A stretch of 64,000 nucleotides of DNA from Octopus sinensis (Eukaryota): positions 55,614,001 to 55,678,000 of the forward strand of contig NC_042997.1 of NCBI RefSeq assembly GCF_006345805.1, given 5' to 3'. Of the stretch, positions 40,101 to 53,756 are shown one piece after another. The notes under the pieces were generated by a model that was not told the origin of the DNA, did not search any database, and worked only from the letters and a program-made list of their open reading frames with translations. Every line of letters begins with the position of its first letter. Position 1 is the stretch's first letter. Made by a program: the position numbers and the translations under genes.

Positions 40101-41734
40101 TAGTCATAAACTCTGCCCTGCTGGAAGTGTATATCTTTAGTCATAAAAGTAGAATGTCAGTTATTCGTTTCTTTCCCTTGGGTAAACTCTTCATGTTATT
40201 TTACTTAATAAGACATATACGGTTGCCGCTGCAAATGTCATTAGTTTTATTTGATCAGAACGCCATATATCAGCAATTTTACTAAGAAGAAATCCTTTTA
40301 TTTTAAGCATTATATTTGTTTCATTCATTCTTATATATATATATATATGTTTTCAACTTATTATACTTAGAATTGTTTTCCCTAAACAGCTGCTATTAAT
40401 TTGTGAATTATAAAAGAAATATTTTTATATTGTTAATATTATCATTATGTCATGTTTTCTTTATCTCCAACCTTTTAGAATGATAAGATTTGCAACTATT
40501 CGAGATAATGTTGCCTATTATTATTGCTTCTAAGCAAATAAATTATTTACTTCAGATTATGAAAAATTACTTAATGTAATGGAAGTAAATGAACATAGAA
40601 GCTTTGAATTTTATCATACCTGATAAAATTCAAGCTTAATTCTCATAATAGCGTAGCAATCGAACCATTTGATAAAAAATCATCGTTTCATTAGGATGTT
40701 TAAACGGTATATAATGCAATTCCATAAGCCTTCGAGAAGAATGAGCAACTATTTGAAGACAAGAATCGCGTAAATTATATTCGAGCAAATACAGTAGAGT
40801 TTCTTACAAAAGGCGACGGAATAAATCGCTCTTTCATTTCAAAACAATGTGTGCTTCTTAACCTCCCTCATGCCGTCCATTTTTCACTCTCCCTAGAACA
40901 TTTTTTCTTTTTTAAAAATATTGTCACTTTAGCCTCTACATTTAGGTTTACTGATATAACTGATCATAATTTCATCGGACGTTACAGACAAAGCCCGAAT
41001 GAACGGGAATTGGACTCAGAAATGAAAGAGACTGAACTAAGAGTTTATGTAACACGACTCCATACTATCTCAATAATTTCTATCACTTCTTTTGCTACTC
41101 TGGTAAAGTAGGGGTTCTTTAAACAATCTACTAAAACCACCGAGGGAATGTGATGAAGAATTTGTTAACGACTGATGTTTTCATTGTAACGTTAATTAAC
41201 ACTGCTGTCATATAAACGGCATTTAAAGACTAGATTATATATAAAATTTAAAGTGTAACTTAACATAAAATTGCATTCCTTATAATTCAGACACAAATAT
41301 CTTACAGTAGTTTTATAATTGTAACAATGTTATGTAAAAGTACAACTCAAAAGATAATACAATGCATAGAATTTTTTTTTTTTTATTTGGCTACAATTAT
41401 CTCGAGTTACAGAAAAAGCAATGTATGACTATTTTAAAAGGTATACGTCAAAAAGGCCGTTCATTTTTCGTACGAGTATATGTTGCTATAGCAAAAGCAA
41501 GATATTGCTTTGACAAAAGCAAGACATCGAAACTGGAAAGTGAACTTAGCATGACAGGAACTTTCCTGCCTGCATATTGATTTCTATTATAGGCACAAAA
41601 CTCGAAGTTTTTTGGAATGGGATGCAGCAGGCTTTTGATTTTCAGTTCCTAACTGCTTATTTTTTATCTTTATTTTTTTAATTTTATGTCATCGACCACG
41701 GAAGAGCTAAAAGAAAAGTAGAGCTATATATGTA

Positions 41735-41935
41735 TATTCCTTTCTACTTTAGGCACAAGGCCTGAAATTTTGGAGGCGTGTGGTAAGGCTAGTCGATTAC
41801 ATCAATCCAGTATTTAACTGGCGCTTATTTCATCTACTCCGGAAGGATGACGGGTAAAGTTGAACTCAGAACGTAAAGTCAGACAAAATACCGCTTAGCA
41901 TTTTGCTCAACGTGCTAACAATTATGCCAGCTCGA
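41735..41935 (-). mobile_element. SINE family B, diverged copy
   Basis: ggcacaaggcctgaaattttgg..gaactcagaacgtaaag..aaataccgcttagcattt..gtgctaac..tgccagctcg. Confidence 0.8.
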
Positions 41936-42224
41936 CTTATATATGTATATTAATACTTACTTTAGTAACAAGGTTCCCTAGTTTACAGCGGGTGGTCATG
42001 CTGTAATGTTTATGTCGTGAGTAAAATTATTTCGACTAGGGCTTGAAACTGGATTCAAGAAAAAGTCTATTTATTTATTTAGTTAATTTTATATCGCAAG
42101 GGGGAAACAACATCGACATTGGATACAGGTATCCAACAGGCCAATCACTGCCTCATTACATATATGACGGCCAGAGTGATAAGAGAGAAGCGTTGGTTTA
42201 TCGGTTTCTCGCCTATATACATAG

Positions 42225-42555
42225 ACGCAGGCGTGGGTGTGTGGTAAGAGGTTTGCTTCCAGGTCCATTCACACTGCGTGACACCTTGAGCAAGTGTCTT
42301 CTATTATAACCCCAAAGCAACCAAAGCCTTGCGAGTGGTTTTGATAGACGGAATTGAAAGAAACCCGTAGTATATATATATATAGGCGTTGGTATATTTG
42401 TGTGGTAAGTAGCTTGCTTACCAACCACATGGTTCCGGGTTCAGTCCCACTGCGTGGCACCTTGGGCAAGTGTCTTCTACTATAGCCTCAGTTCGACCAA
42501 AGCCTTGTGAGTGGATTTGGTAGACGGGATCTGAAAGACGCTCGTCGTATATATG

Positions 42556-42624
<69 letters not shown>

Positions 42625-42755
42625 GTGTGTGTGTCTGCGTGTATGTTTATACATACACGTTGAGTGTGTGTGTCTGTCTTTGTTCTCACCATCACCTGAG
42701 AACCAGTATTGGTTTGTTAATGTCCCCGTAACTGTCCCCGTTAATGTCCCCGTGT
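42225..42755 (+). mobile_element. Two tandem SINE family A copies (42225-42380 and 42384-42755)
   Basis: Both align with the 6812/7042 heads; (TA)n junction between them. Confidence 0.85.
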
Positions 42756-42914
42756 ATCCCAGCTCTGCCGTAAGTATTATGCCAAGTCCTTCCTCCCTAG
42801 TATAATATCCTCTGAAATTAACTCCACGCTCATGCATTATCTGCAGGTATTGAACTGCAATAGCAATGGACGGGCACCAAGCTCACCGGCCTCTCTCTTC
42901 CTCCGGACCCAGCA

Positions 42915-43036
42915 AGTAAAATGTACAGATGAAATGTAGAGACGCCTAAGTAGAACAAGTACGAAATCAGCCAGCTTCAAAACACAGAGGCTATAATGGT
43001 GGTGGTGAGTAGTAGTAGTAGTAGTAGTAGTAGTAA

Positions 43037-43110
<74 letters not shown>

Positions 43111-44680
43111 ATAGTAGTAGTAGTAAATGCTGGGAGAAGAGACAGCAGACCTGTGTAATAGAGGCAAGAACGTGTTTATTATTGATTTAATGCCAATCAG
43201 ACGAGTAGTACTACACTGTATGCAGTCCAGGATGTCTCTGTGCACCTTAGCAGTCTGAGCAGTACTTTATTGTGGCTTTCACTTGAAGCAAATAGGCTGT
43301 GAGCAACTATTGGGAGACGAAATAGTTTCTGACTCTGAAGAGAAGGTCCGGCCTTTGGCATGTGGTCGTTGTAATGTTATGTTTGTGCCCTCACCAGGAG
43401 AGATCGTTGGTGTTAGTGGAACCCAAAGTTTGAGTTCAGAGATATAGCTGAGTAAGGCTCGTATCTGGGTGTTGCTATGATGGTGTATTTCTTCATTTGA
43501 GAAATACTTAAGTGTTTTACTGTTAAAAGAGCCAAGACAACCATAGAACTTCAAGAGGATACTCGCCGGTCATGAAATCTCTGCAGGTTTGGTGTGTGGT
43601 ATCTTCGCTGCGTGTAGATGATACATGGTTGCAGAATTTAAAGGCAGAATGAAAGTTTGTATCATAAGCATAAGAGTGGGCAATGGTGGATAAGACGGCA
43701 AGTCATTGATGTACAGCAAGAAGAAAGTGGGTAACAAAGCCGAACCCTGAAACACGCAGAGCTGATTAAGAATGGAATAAGAACTTAAACGCTGGATGAA
43801 TCATATAGACAGGACGTCTTGATTGAAGATTCGCATGCCAGACACAGTTGAAGGCTTTTATGATGTCTTGTTCAACATTGCTTTCACAGATTTTTTTCCA
43901 AACCGAAAGCCTACTAATGAGTGGCATAAAAGAGATTTCCAGTAGATCTGGCTCTGTGGAAGTCATACTAGTGGTTAATGAGGAGAAAGTGAGCTTCAAA
44001 GCGTAGGAAAGCATCGTTATTAATGTCTGTGTTCATTACCTTAGAGATGTCAGAAGTCAGGACGATATATGGCTGGGACAGAGGAATTGACATCTTTTGA
44101 AATAAGACACACTGAAGCGTACCTCCAAAATGACAAGTTATATCTCAACTGAGAATGAGAGATTAGAGTTTGGGGAATGTTGTCGCGCATTGTGATGTGC
44201 AATGTTTGAGTGTAATTAAAATGACGTTGTCAATGCATGTGGCCTTGTTGGTTTGAAGCAACAAGAGATATTTCCTTACTAGGTATTTCTGAATGCGAGG
44301 TGAAGTGGCTTGTGTATTAGATTTGGAGGAGACTAGGTATGTATAGTATTCTATACTACATACCCAGTCTCCTCCAAATCTAATACACAAGCCTCTCCAC
44401 CTCGCATTTAGAAACGTCTTGTACGGAAATACCTCTAGAACATCGAGAAGGATTTGCAGGCAGGGGTTCAGAAATTTGTCTCAGAGAAAAATAGGATGTA
44501 TGGTTTGTGTGTGAGTAAAAGGCGATGAAGATATTTGAGAAGAGGAAGGCGAATTGGCCAAGGGATTTGAAGTGATGTGTTAAGAGTACGCGAAAATCCC
44601 TAAGGTGGATGTCTGGTCTGAATGCTTGCAACGTAGTGAACTTCGCTAAGACATTCAATTACCTTTAGCGTCGTGAGCCT
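42915..44680 (-). mobile_element. Decayed CR1/Jockey-group LINE ORF2 (possible endonuclease remnant, RT, C-terminus)
   Basis: LTSDISKVMNT, QDIIKAFNCVWHANL (cf. LDISKAFDRVWH), QGSALLPTFFLLYINDL (cf. QGSVLSPTLFLLYINDL), QIRALLSY, DILDCIQ..RLIG..PLLHRSAVSS; interrupted by (TAC)n at 43008-43126. Confidence 0.85.
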
Positions 44681-47600
44681 TCCAACAAAAACATAGTTTT
44701 GAAATGTTTGAAACAAGATATAATTTGGGGCCAGTTTCACAGGTCGAGAATAACTCCTTATGACGACATCTGCGAATATTATGGATACATCCGTTATTTT
44801 AAAATGTCAACCACTTCGCCACTTTACTTACTGCATGACCACTTGGCAACCACGTCTTTGTGTTGATTGTATGTCGGTAGTTTGTATGCATGTAGATAAC
44901 CAGAACTTACTCTTTATTTCGTTCTTCCCCGACAGCAATGAAAGTGCCATAGTTGTCAGTGATGAGCTGTGTCACTCAGTGTATCTCCCGATGCGTCTTT
45001 TCCATGTTATATTTAAAGGAATTAAAACTTTTATCCTTCAAATCATGCCAAAAATATCCATAACTAATATTTAAATTTACCATTTTTATTATTAGTTCCA
45101 TAAAGATGATACACCACGTATTACAGTTCGAGAATTTGAAGCATTCGAACGAATAAATTTATGAAATATTTTTATAAGTTGGAGACAGTTTCACAGGTCA
45201 AATGAAGATAGCTAATAACAGAATAGTTAGATCAGCGTAGTTTTACAATCTGTACTCCTTAAAGTATCAAGTTCACTGCTGTATCAACAAGTAAGCGTTT
45301 CAAAATAAAAATATTTGCTTAAATAATTAAGTATTGTATTCATAGATGTACATGCATCTCTAATCTGTTGAATTTAACTCTGCAAATTTCGTACTAAATA
45401 CTTTGTTCGAATTTTCTTACCGGATATGTAATCCTCTGGTATTTCCTCACTGCACACGTTTTTTTTTTTTATTATCAAACATTCGGCAACAATAAAGTTG
45501 AAAGTCACTCATAAAAGTCTCACTACTTTGGAAAGAGTCTGCAAATGATGTGGACAGTCGCTCGCTTCCTCGACCGAGTTAATAAGGCTTCGACTAGTAA
45601 TTTACTTTATCGTTTGGAGGGATGGATGCAAAACTGACCCTCATGAGAACTGAATAGGGAGAGCAAAAAGCCGGAACGCAATAGTTAATGACACAATTCA
45701 TAATAACACTAAAACACTAAACAAGTCAATCTAGTTTGAAATAAATGCTGAGTACGAAGAGATTTGATGTATAAATAATGAGCTAACCCTGTATTGGCCG
45801 ACTTAGCCTATTTTATACTCTAACTACTATAACATGCAGACGAGCAACAGAGATGTCCTATTAGTATGTCAGCATTTACGTTTGACATATATATTCTGTC
45901 GATCTTATTGTAGTCTATTTCCTCAAATTAGATCCTTGCTGAAAGTAAAATCGTCGTGTGTATTCTCCATTGCTACGTTAATTAAAACTATACATGATTA
46001 TATGTCCTATTAGAAACAACTAGACACCTGAAACAGAAATCAACTCACCTAAGACTGTATTAGCCATTTAATTATTACGCAGTTACTCGGCAGTTCGAAA
46101 TACCTTTGAAATCTACCTCGAATCCCTATGTTTAAAATAAAGAAACATACATTAGGCAGTATAGTATCTCGTATACGATAAGACAGATTTGCCACATCTG
46201 GAACGCTTTTGTTCTCAGATATGTTTAACCAGATATAACGGAGTATAAACAGCAGCATCAACAACATTAAAAAAAAACTATCCTATCATCTAAAGAAAAA
46301 TGTTAATATATATAGTTTTGACATCGAAACTTCTTGTTTAATGGCACAATCACCGGTAACATGCTGAATTCGATGCAATCTGCAAACGACTCTACTTACA
46401 CTTTCGAAAGAAAACCTTGTGACTTTATAAGAAATCATTTGTTGCAATAAACAAACCAATAAATCCATAGAACCATTACGAGATGCATTTCATTTATATA
46501 TGTATTTATTTGATTCTTTATATTTGTATGCCTAAGTAAAAGTGTTAAATACTATTTCGCTTTTCTATTTGTATAAGAATGATTTATTACTCATATGGTG
46601 TAGGCAATTGTCTTAATATGGTTCTACGATTATATTTACGACTTAACGTTATATTATTTTACTTTGTTTTTGAATACTGCTTTTCATGCGTAAGTGTTTC
46701 TGTTTAAGTCGATGCAAAAGAGAAGATATTAATTGAAATTATGTATATGAGAATGGGCGTGCGCGTGTGAGCTAGTAAATACATATTAGACATTCACTAC
46801 TGTACAAGAATATTGGTTAGTAATCTCCAGAGATTTCCTTCACGTATAGTTTCTTCAATTGTTGAGCTACCTCACATGGCCTTTACATATCAACTTAATG
46901 CATTATTCCCGCGGGGATAAAAAGCTTCAATAATTTTACGTGCACGGCGTGTTACAAACGTTCTCTCAACTAACTGTTGCCGTTATACAATGCTAGATGC
47001 TTCCTATGAGACTCGCCAAAAGTCTTTAAAGAACTGATGCTTCATACAAATACTAATTTCATATCAATTTCGAAATGCCCTTAATATTGTTCGCTTTTCC
47101 CCTATGATATCTGAAAACCCCATTGATCTTATTCTTAGCTTCACCACTTCATCTATTTACTGTGTTTATTTCGGTTACGTATAAAGATAGATAATGCACT
47201 ACTAACACTGCCTTCTGTATAAGGGAAAGAGGAACGAACTTATTGAAAACGTGGAATAAGTCGAATAAATGCGAGCAAGTAATAGTTATTCTAATTGTGT
47301 TTACTAATCTCTGAATGCATTCAAACGTACTTGGATATATTTAATCCACTCTGAAAGTATTTTATTCACACTTCAATCTACTTACCTTCAGCTATATCTA
47401 TTTGTTTCTCAGCATGCATATCTATTTATAGGTATCGATCTGATTAAATAGACAATGGTAAATATGCACATCCATATCACAAGATTCAGGGTAGTTGTTA
47501 CTTCGCTGCTGAGTTGTTCTCACGCCGGAAACACCCTCCCGTCTTAGCCAGATTGAATTATGAGTATCACAGCGATACATTCAGTTGTATACTGGCTATA

Positions 47601-48251
47601 GAGACAGTAGTGTTACCGAAAAAGCTGAAACCGGGACAATGAAAATAAAGGATGGTGCTTTTTGTATCACTGCTTTCGCTCAAACAGTTATAAAAACACA
47701 TACACTATGAGTAGGTTTGTGAGATAGATAGCGTGTATTTGCTTGTGTCAGAATAACGATAATTAGTGAAATCCCGAACATCACGAATAAAATTGCAACA
47801 AAATGAAGCAGTAGATACCATACAGATATAACTACAGAGAAGAACCTAGAAGATGTGGTTTAAAGATACAGATACAGCGGGGGAAACCTTGGATTATCAC
47901 TAACGATGGCGTGTCATAAATTAATATAGATCATGGCTAAATTGTTATGAACTTTTGTTTTTTTTTTAATATCTAATTTGTTGCGCACTGCCAGTACTAT
48001 AAATCATTGCGCAGATCGGTGTTAGCTCAGGTAAGAACTAGTGAAATCCGGCGTTAGCATTTTATTTTTCGACAAACCCCATAAATTCATTTTAATTCAT
48101 TCAAGGCTACCTCTTAAGTAGCATCTTGGACCGTCTCTGTTCTTCTCTCCCCAGTCTGTCTGTCTTTCTCTCTCTCTCTCTCTCTCACTACATACACACA
48201 CGCATACATGCATATATACATACTTACACACATACACACATACATATTTCA

Positions 48252-48624
48252 TGGCACTCCGTCGGTTATGACGACGAGGTTTTCAGTTGATCCGATCAAC
48301 TGAACAGCCTGCTCATGAAATTAATGTGCAAGTGGCTGAGTACTCCATAGACACGTGTATCTTTAACGTAGTTCTCAGGGAAATTCAGCGTGAAACAGAC
48401 AGTGACAAGGCTGGTTCTTTGAAATACAGGTACAACAGTAACAGAAAGAAAGAGTGAGAGAAAGTTGCGGTGAAAGAGTGCAGCAGGGTTCGTCACCACG
48501 TTCTGCTGGAGCCTCGTGGAGCTTTAGGTATTTTCGCTCAATAAACACTCACAACGCCCGGTCTGAGAATCAAAACCGCGATCCTACGACTGCGAGTCTG
48601 CTGCCCTAACCACTGGGCCATTGC
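48252..48624 (-). mobile_element. Full-length SINE family C
   Basis: tRNA-like head gcaatggcccagtggttagggcagcagactcgcagtcgtaggatcgcggttttgattctcagaccggg; tail gatcggatcaactgaaaacctcgtcgtcataaccgacggagtgcca. Confidence 0.9.
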
Positions 48625-48652
48625 GACTCCACACACACACACACACACACAC

Positions 48653-48686
<34 letters not shown>

Positions 48687-49234
48687 CATACTTACATACA
48701 TATACATACATAGCTAAGTACTGATATATATATATATACAAATATCTATATATATGTGTGTGTCTGTGCGTTTGTGTGTTAACGTATTATTTCCTTGGAT
48801 CAGCAGGGTGATCGTAATACCGTTGGTGTTAGAGTAAATGTATATGTGCATATCTGCCTCTGTGGGTGTGTATGTACCTATATTGTGTATATGTATGTGT
48901 AGCTGTTTATATGCGCCTGTATGTGCGCATATGTACCTGTATGGCTCTGTGTCAAGTCCTTAAATTTTCATACTGCCGATTCTTTGATGCAAATTTTGGG
49001 TTGCTTAACTGAAATTATTTAATTATCTAATTACCAGAGTGAAATTGAACTAAAGTCAATATGATTGACTGATTCCTTGAAGATGTTGCTTCGGTATTAA
49101 TGCACTCCAATGACTAAAACTAGTAAAAGAGTATGAATATATATGCGCCATACGTCGTGTGAATATCTCTTTGCATGTATACACCCATGCACACATACAC
49201 ACATACATATATGTGTGTGTGTATGTAAATATAT

Positions 49235-49463
49235 TATATTTTTCTCTCCTTTTTTCTCTTTCTTTTCTCTTTTCTTTCTCTCCTTTTTTTCCTCTCATAT
49301 TTCTCTCCTTGTTTTTCTCCTTGTTTCTTTCTGTGTTCCTTTCTGTGGAAGAGCGTAGGCACGAAACGTTAAAGACTTTTTCAATTCCCAAGCGTTATAC
49401 TAATACATCTGTTTGCTTTCTACACCATTGTCTTCGTCTTATGTTTTTTTCGTGAATTTTCCT

Positions 49464-49470
<7 letters not shown>
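49235..49470 (+). mobile_element. Small PLE-LTR-like repeat with an HHR-like motif; same family as 10560-10770
   Basis: ccttt-CTGTGGAA-gagc-gtag-gcac-GAAACGTT-aaag at 49338-49374. Confidence 0.55.
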
Positions 49471-49516
<46 letters not shown>

Positions 49517-49520
<4 letters not shown>

Positions 49521-49619
49521 TAAGGACATACGCATACTTCTGCCTGCTAGAAATGAGAGCTAAAACCCTCGCTTAGGTCTCATTTCTAGCAGGTAGACGT
49601 ATGCGAACGTTCTTATGAT
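49517..49619. repeat. ~100-bp fold-back hairpin (47-bp arms, 9-nt loop)
   Basis: cataaggacatacgcatacttctgcctgctagaaatgagagctaa vs the reverse complement of 49573-49617: 6 differences, 2 of them G:U-compatible. Confidence 0.85.
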
Positions 49620-49771
49620 TAATATCATTTTAATTTTATAGCTCTATAATGCTATTTTAGTCCTGAAACCACCTATATTAATGTTGATGTTATTATTTAC
49701 TATTTATATTGTCTTCGATAATAATAGCTATATTAATATCTATATAAATATTCAGTCCTGAATATTTGCTC

Positions 49772-49804
<33 letters not shown>

Positions 49805-49806
<2 letters not shown>

Positions 49807-50150
49807 AAGATTATTTGCCAACAGAATGTGCCCCAGGAAATAACCTTTTCCAGCTGGCTGTCGACACAGTTTGTGTCCGTATAGTGTAAACAAGGAAGGT
49901 CATCGCTTCCATCTTTACGTGATACTCACAGACCTAGGTTTCTGGGCTTTTCCCGTCCTCGGTGCGAGACAATCACAGGCTAGTGACGGGATCTCATTCA
50001 ACTTGCTTACACTCTATATTTTTAAGCGATATACCACCGTTGACCTCGTAAAGAGGAAAACAGCTAGTTTTAAATCTTTTTCTTGGGCCTAAACAACAGG
50101 ATGATCATTCTTGTATAGGACTATCACATTCTGCTGGCAGATAAACTTAA
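49805..50150 (-). mobile_element. ~345-bp element with ~25-bp imperfect terminal inverted repeats and an internal type I HHR variant (49925-49968)
   Basis: tatttgccaacagaatgtg (49811-29) vs cacattctgctggcagata (50126-44). Minus strand: cucgca-CCGAGGA-cggg-aaaag-ccca-GAAAC-CUAG-GUC-ugugag. Confidence 0.65.
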
Positions 50151-50329
50151 CTATTTGATACTGTAACTGCACATCTCTCGCTCAGAGAATTAAAATTAGC
50201 TGTTTTTCTCTTTATATAGATATATATTACAGTGAAAAAATAAGCGTCGAATTCGTCGAATTCCGATTGTTTTAATTTTTATTAGAATTTTATCAGAATT
50301 TATCATCAGAATAAAGGAAGCACCCATGA

Positions 50330-50650
50330 TATTGCTAGGTCTGTTGAGAATAGTAAGATCGATACAAATGATGTTCAGTTTAATAGTTTGAAATCTCTTA
50401 TGGCAGAAACATTGAAAGTCTTTGCTGATGTTAAGGGAATCAACAGCGTTTTTAATGCAGTTCTAAGGGGAGATAAATCACTAATGCATGATATGTTACG
50501 CGACAGGAAAATTACATAACCTAGTTAGTACCAACACCCGCTACCTTGAGGCCTTTAGCGAAATCCATGTAGTTGCAAGCGAGAAGACTTCGTCTCCAAT
50601 CTCGGGAAGACTGCCTTGCTCCTTTCATGAAGATCGGAAAAAAGGTCTAT
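50330..50650 (-). mobile_element. Decayed LINE RT fragment
   Basis: NAVDSLNISKDFQCFCHK resembles AVALDISKAFDRVWHK. Confidence 0.45.
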
Positions 50651-51539
50651 GACTGCTGCCCTTCTTCTTCTTCAGATTAAGTCGTTAATATAAGTGTAAT
50701 AGTTCTGTCACTAGGGAAACCATATTCCCAAAATACATGTGTACTACTTGTGTTGTATGGTGGAAATATTTAATGTAAAACACCAAAATTCTAATTAGAG
50801 TTACTCAGGTGATGAGGACAGAGCAACATTACCTCAGTGACTGAAATAATTTTAATATTTTGGGGAAAGACGGATAAACAAATTCAGATATACTACGGGC
50901 TTAATAGGCCTTCTCAGATAAACCCACACTTTCATTTACGTGCCGATAAGGAAATTGATAATTATAATAGAAATTGTAACCCAAGTAACAATGAAAACTG
51001 AGAGCATTAAAAATAGCAAATTATTGAAAGTAATTACTTAGAGACACCATCTGCAAGAAATACTTAAGGAGAGTTGAGCCTATTCAATGCAGAGTTTCCA
51101 AACTCTAATTGGTGATGCTAAGATCGTGATGAGCTATAACTAGGAGAATGTTTTCAATAAAACTATCTAGTCTCTTCACTAACTCTGGCGATGTGAGTAA
51201 AATGTCCAGGAAATTTATTTAACCCTGGGGCCAATCCTGATTGAGCAACCTAATAACACGTATAGTGCCGGTGTGATAGCAAATAATGGATCCGCCTGAA
51301 ATTAATTAAAGAATATTCTGAACTGATACATCGCGTGGTTATAGTGTGGTACTATAGGAATGCTGCTTTTTACCTCCTAAATTATATGCCAATTTACTCA
51401 GACGGTCGCCAAATCGGAGGTGAGAAAGGTGGATTTGGTCAGTGAGTTTCTCTTCCCTCTCTTACAGTCTTAGGCAGGAGAAAGAGAGTGCACCCATAAC
51501 TTTGGCAGTTTCCTCGAGACTGTGGGAATTGTCGTTCTT

Positions 51540-51900
51540 GTTATTTTGTTTAGACAACTGTAAGTCACTGTTTACAAGAAGAACTTAGGTGTGAAAGGAA
51601 TTCCAGATGGTCGGCGATCTTGAGAGTAATGGTAAAGTAGTGAGCATAGGATTGATCGAGATACACAGTAGTGATAAAGAACGGTCGAAAGACAGATATA
51701 TTGGGTGGATTTTGATGAAGATAATATGCAGCTAATTAGTTCATAGGAGCATATGTTGTAGTAGTAGCAATGCAAAAGGCAGATTGAAGAGACAGCACAT
51801 GATTGAGTCTTTGCCAATCATTCGCTAGATTTTTTTCATCTTCGTAAAATATTATCACCTTATATGAGAGAGCCGTATACCACTATTGGTCATGTATTAC
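51540..51900 (-). mobile_element. Decayed CR1/Jockey-group LINE 3' end
   Basis: QSCAVSSICLLHCYYYNICSYELISCI..HYSQDRRPSGIPF parallels the LHRSAVSS..YY segment of the 42915-44680 LINE. Confidence 0.55.
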
Positions 51901-53682
51901 GGTAAGAGTCGAGAGTTAAACAGAGTTGAAGTATGTTCCAGTCTAGGAAAGAAAGGTTAATCTTTAGATTGTGACTTTTGCTGAGTTAAATACATAGGTA
52001 ATCAGGATAGATTATGAGAGATTTTGATGCCTATCACTTTGTAACTACTTTAAAGGCTTTTACTTTTTATTTTCCTCAACCTGACACGATGGTTGAACCG
52101 GAAGTATATTTGAACTGGTAACAAGATTGTATTTACACGCATCACTGCTTAGCGCTGTCATCCCGTATTTTATTTATTGCGAGATGTTTGAATTGCGCAA
52201 CCAGTCATTGAACAATGGCGGGAATATCATAAGAGGGAGCTGTCTCTTGTGTCAGTTCGCAGTGTCTGCCTCTCCCGTTTGTGTTGCAGAAGAGGAGATA
52301 ACCACCCCGAAGCGCATGCATCCAACAATCTGGTTAGGGGAACTGTGGACTAACACGGCGTATTTACAACTATTTGTCTACAGCGAGAAATTTTCTCCAT
52401 GACAAAATACAGTGAATGGCTTTCTTACGGGTTCGAATATACGTTAGGCATATTTGAACTGATTACAAGTTTGTATTTACACATATCAATGCTTAGCGCT
52501 TAGCTACTACACCAAATCAGCTGCGGAATAGCGTCCTGAGAAAGCTCCCTACTCGACGCCGAATCTTGAAGAACATCTGAATGTTACAGACCAGGCGAAA
52601 CAACTCGCCTCGGAATCACCGATAATGGTAGATACCGATATTTTATTGCTATAGAGGCTTAAAAATACCATCTCTTCGGATCGTCTCTAAACGAGGAGAA
52701 TCGTTGTTGTGTGATTTATATGCAAATAGGGTGAAGTCTGTTTACTCATGTGCATTGGCATAGCACTAGTGAAAGTAATTTAAATTACAAACTAAAAGTA
52801 TTTTCTAGTAATATAAACATTACCGGTCGCACATTCATAGTGTATGTGCTAATTTAATTTTGGCGAGTAAGATTTTTAAAAAAAGCCAAACTCGCTATCT
52901 TCAATTCTATTTTCCCGCCTATTCTCACATGATCATGAATATTGGTAACGACCGAGAGTACGGTCGTAAATACAAATGGCTAAAATGGAATTCCTCCAAA
53001 GGATCTAGTTCCTGTACTACGGACATGTGTTTAGAAGGTCGCAGGAAGGAATTACAAGAGGGATACTTGATATTGAACCAACTGGCAGGAAACCTAAGGG
53101 TAGACCAAGAATGAGATGGTTGGACGAAATCTGAAGCCTCAGTTAGTCACGATTGGGAATCCATCCGGAAAATATAATGATGGTCGCTTCAAATAGGTAG
53201 AGTCCTCAGACTCCTCCTTCTATGAAGGAGGAGACCGAGGGCTCTATCCCACAACTCTCAGGAACAGTGGGCGAGTAAATTGATCGATGGATGGAACAGA
53301 ATTAACAAATACGAAGAAAATCTTGGTGAAGTGAAAGATGAAAAGCTGGACGATTATGGAGAGTAGTCACGGCAAAGAGTGGGGGAGGGAGAGGAAGAGA
53401 GAAAAAGAGGAGAGAGACGGGGATGACTACCAACATATAATAAGATACAGGAGCAAGTGAAGAAGGGATGTCAAATCCGAAAGCATATAATAGTTTGTTT
53501 CTGAAATGTACGAAATAAACTGAAAGAAAATGATTTAGTTTTGGAAACGGCAAGTGTGGGTGATTTATTATGAATTTGGTATAAATGTACTTTTTTCAGG
53601 AACTTAGTACAGACATACATACATTCATACACATATAGGCACATAGATAAATGTGTGTGTATATATATGTGTGTGTGTGTGT

Positions 53683-53756
<74 letters not shown>

